NCBI GenBank assembly: GCA_964016885.1
Contig: OZ024741.1
Span: 285,696,001 to 285,760,000, forward strand
Length of the DNA stretch: 64,000 bases
Source: Eledone cirrhosa
Lineage: Eukaryota
Direction of reading: 5' to 3'
Position 1 is the stretch's first letter. Each line of letters starts with the position of its first letter. The position numbers were made by a program, and so were the translations under genes. Below are positions 58,051 through 64,000 of this stretch, in pieces. The notes beneath the pieces are model-generated. The model was given only the letters and a program-made list of their open reading frames with translations. It had not been told where the DNA came from and searched no databases.

Positions 58051-60219
58051 TTGGAATAAATGCTCTGAAATAGCGATATATATGTGAATATAGACATAGA
58101 ATATTCGAAAATATTCTGTATGTTTATAATAAACATTTTGAAGACCTAATCGCTATAGAATAGAATACGTCACGTATTACAATTAGATTCTCGATAAAAG
58201 CAAGGGAAGTAATCTACGCGTTTCATTCTTGTTAGAAATCATCAGGACTACATATCCAGTGCTTTTATCGAGAATGACACAGCTAGAGACTTATAGAATA
58301 CTTAGCTGTGTACAGGAACTGGTTTGAAAGAGCGGTTGCCGGTCCGGCAGAAATTAGAAATTGGAATAAATGCTCTGAAATAGCGATATATATGTGAATA
58401 TAGACATAGAATATTCGAAAATATTCTGTATGTTTATAATAAACATTTTGAAGACCTAATCGCTATAGAATAGAATACGTCACGTATTACAATTAGATTC
58501 TCGATAAAAGCAAGGGAAGTAATCTACGCGTTTCATTCTTGTTAGAAATCATCAGGACTACATATCCAGTGCTTTTATCGAGAATGACACAGCTAGAGAC
58601 TTATAGAATACTTAGCTGTGTACAGGAACTGGTTTGAAAGAGCGGTTGCCGGTCCGGCAGAAATTAGAAATTGGAATAAATGCTCTGAAATAGCGATATA
58701 TATGTGAATATAGACATAGAATATTCGAAAATATTCTGTATGTTTATAATAAACATTTTGAAGACCTAATCGCTATAGAATAGAATACGTCACGTATTAC
58801 AATTAGATTCTCGATAAAAGCAAGGGAAGTAATCTACGCGTTTCATTCTTGTTAGAAATCATCAGGACTACATATCCAGTGCTTTTATCGAGAATGACAC
58901 AGCTAGAGACTTATAGAATACTTAGCTGTGTACAGGAACTGGTTTGAAAGAGCGGTTGCCGGTCCGGCAGAAATTAGAAATTGGAATAAATGCTCTGAAA
59001 TAGCGATATATATGTGAATATAGACATAGAATATTCGAAAATATTCTGTATGTTTATAATAAACATTTTGAAGACCTAATCGCTATAGAATAGAATACGT
59101 CACGTATTACAATTAGATTCTCGATAAAAGCAAGGGAAGTAATCTACGCGTTTCATTCTTGTTAGAAATCATCAGGACTACATATCCAGTGCTTTTATCG
59201 AGAATGACACAGCTAGAGACTTATAGAATACTTAGCTGTGTACAGGAACTGGTTTGAAAGAGCGGTTGCCGGTCCGGCAGAAATTAGAAATTGGAATAAA
59301 TGCTCTGAAATAGCGATATATATGTGAATATAGACATAGAATATTCGAAAATATTCTGTATGTTTATAATAAACATTTTGAAGACCTAATCGCTATAGAA
59401 TAGAATACGTCACGTATTACAATTAGATTCTCGATAAAAGCAAGGGAAGTAATCTACGCGTTTCATTCTTGTTAGAAATCATCAGGACTACATATCCAGT
59501 GCTTTTATCGAGAATGACACAGCTAGAGACTTATAGAATACTTAGCTGGTACAGGAACTGGTTTGAAAGAGCGGTTGCCGGTCCGGCAGAAATTAGAAAT
59601 TGGAATAAATGCTCTGAAATAGCGATATATATGTGAATATAGACATAGAATATTCGAAAATATTCTGTATGTTTATAATAAACATTTTGAAGACCTAATC
59701 GCTATAGAATAGAATACGTCACGTATTACAATTAGATTCTCGATAAAAGCAAGGGAAGTAATCTACGCGTTTCATTCTTGTTAGAAATCATCAGGACTAC
59801 ATATCCAGTGCTTTTATCGAGAATGACACAGCTAGAGACTTATAGAATACTTAGCTGTGTACAGGAACTGGTTTGAAAGAGCGGTTGCCGGTCCGGCAGA
59901 AATTAGAAATTGGAATAAATGCTCTGAAATAGCGATATATATGTGAATATAGACATAGAATATTCGAAAATATTCTGTATGTTTATAATAAACATTTTGA
60001 AGACCTAATCGCTATAGAATAGAATACGTCACGTATTACAATTAGATTCTCGATAAAAGCAAGGGAAGTAATCTACGCGTTTCATTCTTGTTAGAAATCA
60101 TCAGGACTACATATCCAGTGCTTTTATCGAGAATGACACAGCTAGAGACTTATAGAATACTTAGCTGTGTACAGGAACTGGTTTGAAAGAGCGGTTGCCG
60201 GTCCGGCAGAAATTAGAAA
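58051..60219 (-). mobile_element. Retrozyme-like tandem array: 7 near-identical 310-bp monomers, each with a minimal hammerhead
   Basis: Units start at 58051, 58361, 58671, 58981, 59291, 59600 and 59910; HHRs at 58209-58251 through 60068-60110. Confidence 0.88.
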
Positions 60220-60660
60220 TTCTTTAATTTTTTCTTTCTAAAAATATTTTTTCTTTCTAATTTATCGTTACATTTTTATAAATATATCGAGATTGATACT
60301 TTTCTTTTAATTATTACACTCCCTTACCTCTTTTACTTCCGCATCTAAGTGTACGAGTGTGCAGGCGTTTTATGCGCGCACCTTCATATTCATATATTTA
60401 TGATGTAACTATTCTGTCTGTAGATTACAGACATATAGATACATTTGCCCTAAATTTTAGAATTTCGCACACTTTCTCACTATACGTATACATGTGTGCA
60501 TATACATATATGCACATCTGTGAGCGTATATACATACATATACACACACCTAACTATATTTCTTGATAGATTTTTATATATTTCAATTTCTATTTCATTT
60601 GTCTATATCTTTTTTTGATTTTCTTGATGAGTTTTTCTAAGTATTTACTCATGTTTTATA

Positions 60661-60736
60661 TTGCCTCGTCTGACGAACGAATGAAGTCGTTTATTTCGTA
60701 TTCGCCTCATTCGGGAAACCTCTGGTAATGAGGTAA
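60661..60736 (+). ncRNA. Hammerhead at end of PLE 3' remnant (60220-60760)
   Basis: TTGCCTCGT-CTGACGA-ACGAATGA..TCATTCGG-GAAA-CCTCTGG-TA-ATGAGGTAA. Confidence 0.85.
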
Positions 60737-60755
60737 TTATATTGTATTGGTTTTT

Positions 60756-60923
<168 letters not shown>

Positions 60924-61057
60924 GTGAGGTTTTTTTTACAAAATGAAAAATAACCAAGGTGTCCTACACGAGTGAAAGTATAAAGAAAAAGAGATGAAAT
61001 CGAAAATGCAACTGGAGTCTTATTTTTTTTTTTAAATATATATATATTTATTTGGTT

Positions 61058-61095
61058 CCTTTACCGGTTTCGCAGTTCTTCTGCTTTTCAAAAGG
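61058..61095 (-). ncRNA. Minimal hammerhead, UUGAAAA variant
   Basis: CCTT-TTGAAAA-GCAG..CTGC-GAAA-CCGG-TA-AAGG. Confidence 0.78.
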
Positions 61096-61152
61096 TGAGT
61101 GGAGATGGAGGGTCTGTGGTTTTTCTCACATCTCTGTGGTTTTTCTCACATA

Positions 61153-61183
<31 letters not shown>

Positions 61184-61637
61184 GACCGCCGTCGTTTCCG
61201 ACGACATCTGCTCAAGTTGATACATGATTCCATCAACGGAACGTCCTACTTGTGAAGTTAACGTGTAGGGTCTAAGATTTCTACAGACACGTGCAAATTG
61301 AAGGTAGTACTCAGTGGAATTCAGCCTGATACAACGTGCCACAAGACTGGGACTTTTTCAGCTGACTCGATTGGAGCAATGTGAAATATATTGTCTTGCT
61401 CTAAGAAACAAGACACAGCACCGTCGACCATACTATCCGGAGCAAATTATAATTAGCGGAAGAGGTCAAGTTTTACAAGAAGTGGAGCTTACTTCATCTC
61501 TGGTTCTCATTTTACATTTTTTATTCTTATTTCCTCCCTTCCTTTTTCATCCTCTTTCTTCCTACCTGATTCGTCCATCTGCATTTACGACTCTACCACA
61601 AAATGACCATTTATATATGTAGAAATATATATATATA

Positions 61638-61686
61638 GATTCCTGATGATTTCTAATGAATGAAACAGTACTAGTCCTGTAGAATC
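61638..61686 (+). ncRNA. Hammerhead whose core and stem II resemble the retrozyme HHR
   Basis: GATTC-CTGATGA-TTTCTAATGAAT-GAAA-CAG..CTG-TA-GAATC. Confidence 0.85.
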
Positions 61687-61769
61687 TCATCTATATTAAA
61701 ACTTTTATACTCTGCTATGTATTGAGTACCTTACTTACTGTGGTTACCTCCGATTCAACCCGGAATAAC

Positions 61770-61829
<60 letters not shown>

Positions 61830-61892
61830 CGGAATGAATTCTGTGAGAGAACATCGTTTTTTTCTCCCTGATATCAAGAATCTGAAGACAAT

Positions 61893-61980
61893 TCATTTTC
61901 ACCTGATGAGGTCAGTGATAATCGATCATGGCTTCACAATCGATCTATCTCTTATTGAAACATGTGTCGTGATTAAATGA
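61893..61980 (+). ncRNA. Hammerhead in TA-flanked solo pLTR
   Basis: TCATTTTCAC-CTGATGA..GAAA-CATGTG-TC-GTGATTAAATGA. Confidence 0.75.
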
Positions 61981-62013
61981 TTGGAATTTTACCTTGCCTT
62001 CGGATTTTCATTT

Positions 62014-62088
<75 letters not shown>

Positions 62089-62334
62089 ATACAATAACAG
62101 AGAAAGCTTTAAGCTAAACCCTGACTGGCTACCATCTCACTCAACAAACATTAGGATATACGTTAATATAATCCCAATTTTGTGTTTGGGGTGCTAACTA
62201 TATGTATTTTGTGGAAAGCCAGTTGTATTATTTTATATGAGATATATATAGATATATATATATATAGAGAGAGTTTTATAATGTATACATATAGATATAT
62301 ATATATACAAAAGAGTTTTATAATGTATACAAAG

Positions 62335-62432
62335 TATATAAAGTATTACCGGTTTCGATGTATTAGTAAAATCCATCTTATCAAATGTCGAGTATTTTAC
62401 TAATACATCGAAACCGGTAATACTTTTTATAC
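62335..62432. mobile_element. Small fold-back pLTR with UUGAUAA hammerhead on minus strand
   Basis: Palindrome; minus strand TTGATAA-GATG..CATC-GAAA-CCGG-TA. Confidence 0.65.
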
Positions 62433-62677
62433 ATCATATACATTCTGGATGCAGTCCCGCGCTCCTTACATTATTATAGTTTACATTATAAAACTATTTT
62501 TAAAAGAATTGTCCCTCTTATTTTTTCCATAATGTCACTTTGACGAACCAAAGAAAGGAAAAATAAGATAAACAGACCCTAAAATATATTTTCCATGCCA
62601 TTTCCAACTTCACCTTTTCTCTGTAACCACTGTTTTGTATAGAACATTACTTCCCCTTTCAAGTATATTTATATATA

Positions 62678-62772
<95 letters not shown>

Positions 62773-63833
62773 AGAGAGAATGAGAGCGAGAGAGAGCGAG
62801 AGAGAGAGGGCGGAGAGAGAGAGGGAGAGGGGGAGAGAGCTAGTTAGATAGGTAGGTAGATTCATCCATGTCCCAGCATGGCTACAGACTGTTGGCTGGA
62901 AAAGGTAAATAAGTGAATATTTCTATGTATGTATAACGAGTTTTCACACAGTTCCTTCGCTAACTGATTCGGTATTAATCATATCAATATTACTTCCATA
63001 CGATGCTGCTACGTACCTTCGTAGGTGTGAAACGAACGTCAAACTAGCAGTTTCATCTGCTTGTAGAGTCTAAGATTCCACACAAATTCAAGCATTCTAA
63101 TTGTTGCCGAACACCAATATTTATTTTATTATTTTGATCTTTCACTTTTTGACGATATAAACGGTGTGGTTCAGATGAGGTTATTGAAACAATCAAAATA
63201 AACATAGAAACAAAAGTTACATATTTAACAACATACTAACGGTATTATTATCTTATGAAACTAAACAATGCTGTATCGTTACTTACACAAACATACATAA
63301 AACCTTCAGTTATTATTATACATAGTATAAGCGAACCATTAAATAATCTGTGTTGATGGTGGTTATTGTGATATATAAAATAATAACATTCATTAATGAA
63401 TAATTATAGCATTGCAACGACTTTTGTTAGAAATTGGCTTCAGTGTCAGTCAACCAAACAATAGGATTTCAAATATTAATTATACATACTATAATTACTT
63501 GGGAATTTTACTATGAATTTTTACTACTGTATTTCTGGTTGCAAATTTGTCTGGCTATGTTATTAGTTGTATGATTATATAAGCCCATAAATTGATTGTT
63601 GTTTCATAGTGAATTATAATGTGCATAATTATATTTCTACAGCATTAATTGAAATGGTTAAGTAGTGAAACATGAGAATTTTCGCAAATACTCTTGAAAT
63701 TGGCTAATTTATTAACAAAAAAAGTATGAAGTCCCATGGGAGGAGAAAGTATATTCCATTTCTAATTTGCAACTGTATATTTTCATACGCATACTCCCAT
63801 ATGTGAATGTATGTATATATATACCCCCCCCCC

Positions 63834-63869
<36 letters not shown>

Positions 63870-64000
63870 CGGACGTATATATACGAGAATGAAGAAGGAA
63901 CGTCAAAGGGGTTAATACAAAATAGTTGTCAGTAACCATATATATTTAAAAAAAAAATACATATATATATATATATATATATGTATAAATATATATTTAT

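Noticed and set aside
58051-60219. CRISPR array or ordinary satellite
   Set aside because: No unique spacers and a eukaryotic context; a diverged dispersed copy with a 5' inversion and conserved ribozyme argues against a simple satellite, though the exact copy number may be assembly-dependent

Overview
AT-rich, microsatellite-dense metazoan DNA with one 200-N gap at 17562-17761. The SINE families and (TA)n load suggest a cephalopod such as Octopus (inference). No host protein-coding gene can be supported. The window is dominated by Penelope-like retroelements (PLEs): four divergent, co-oriented, decayed Naiad-type RT+GIY-YIG elements in the first 16 kb, and one different PLE on the minus strand at 54.4-57 kb. 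Many short or fold-back pLTR remnants sit in (TA)n tracts. Reading both strands by eye gives about 40 type-I hammerhead ribozyme (HHR) motifs from roughly 18 sequence families, including UUGANAA and CCGAUGA core variants. The most notable element is a non-coding 310/312-bp tandem repeat (7 copies at 58051-60219; about 2.6 copies plus an inverted arm at 38899-39815). Each monomer carries a minimal hammerhead inside a densely self-complementary, viroid-like fold. It is a candidate circular-RNA retrozyme that shows the same insertion signatures as the PLEs ((TA)n target, 5' inversion). Also present: RTE, R4-like and CRE-like LINE fragments, a non-autonomous RTE with a candidate HDV-like ribozyme, and two tRNA-derived SINE families with TSDs. 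Most short ORFs in the track are microsatellite translations.
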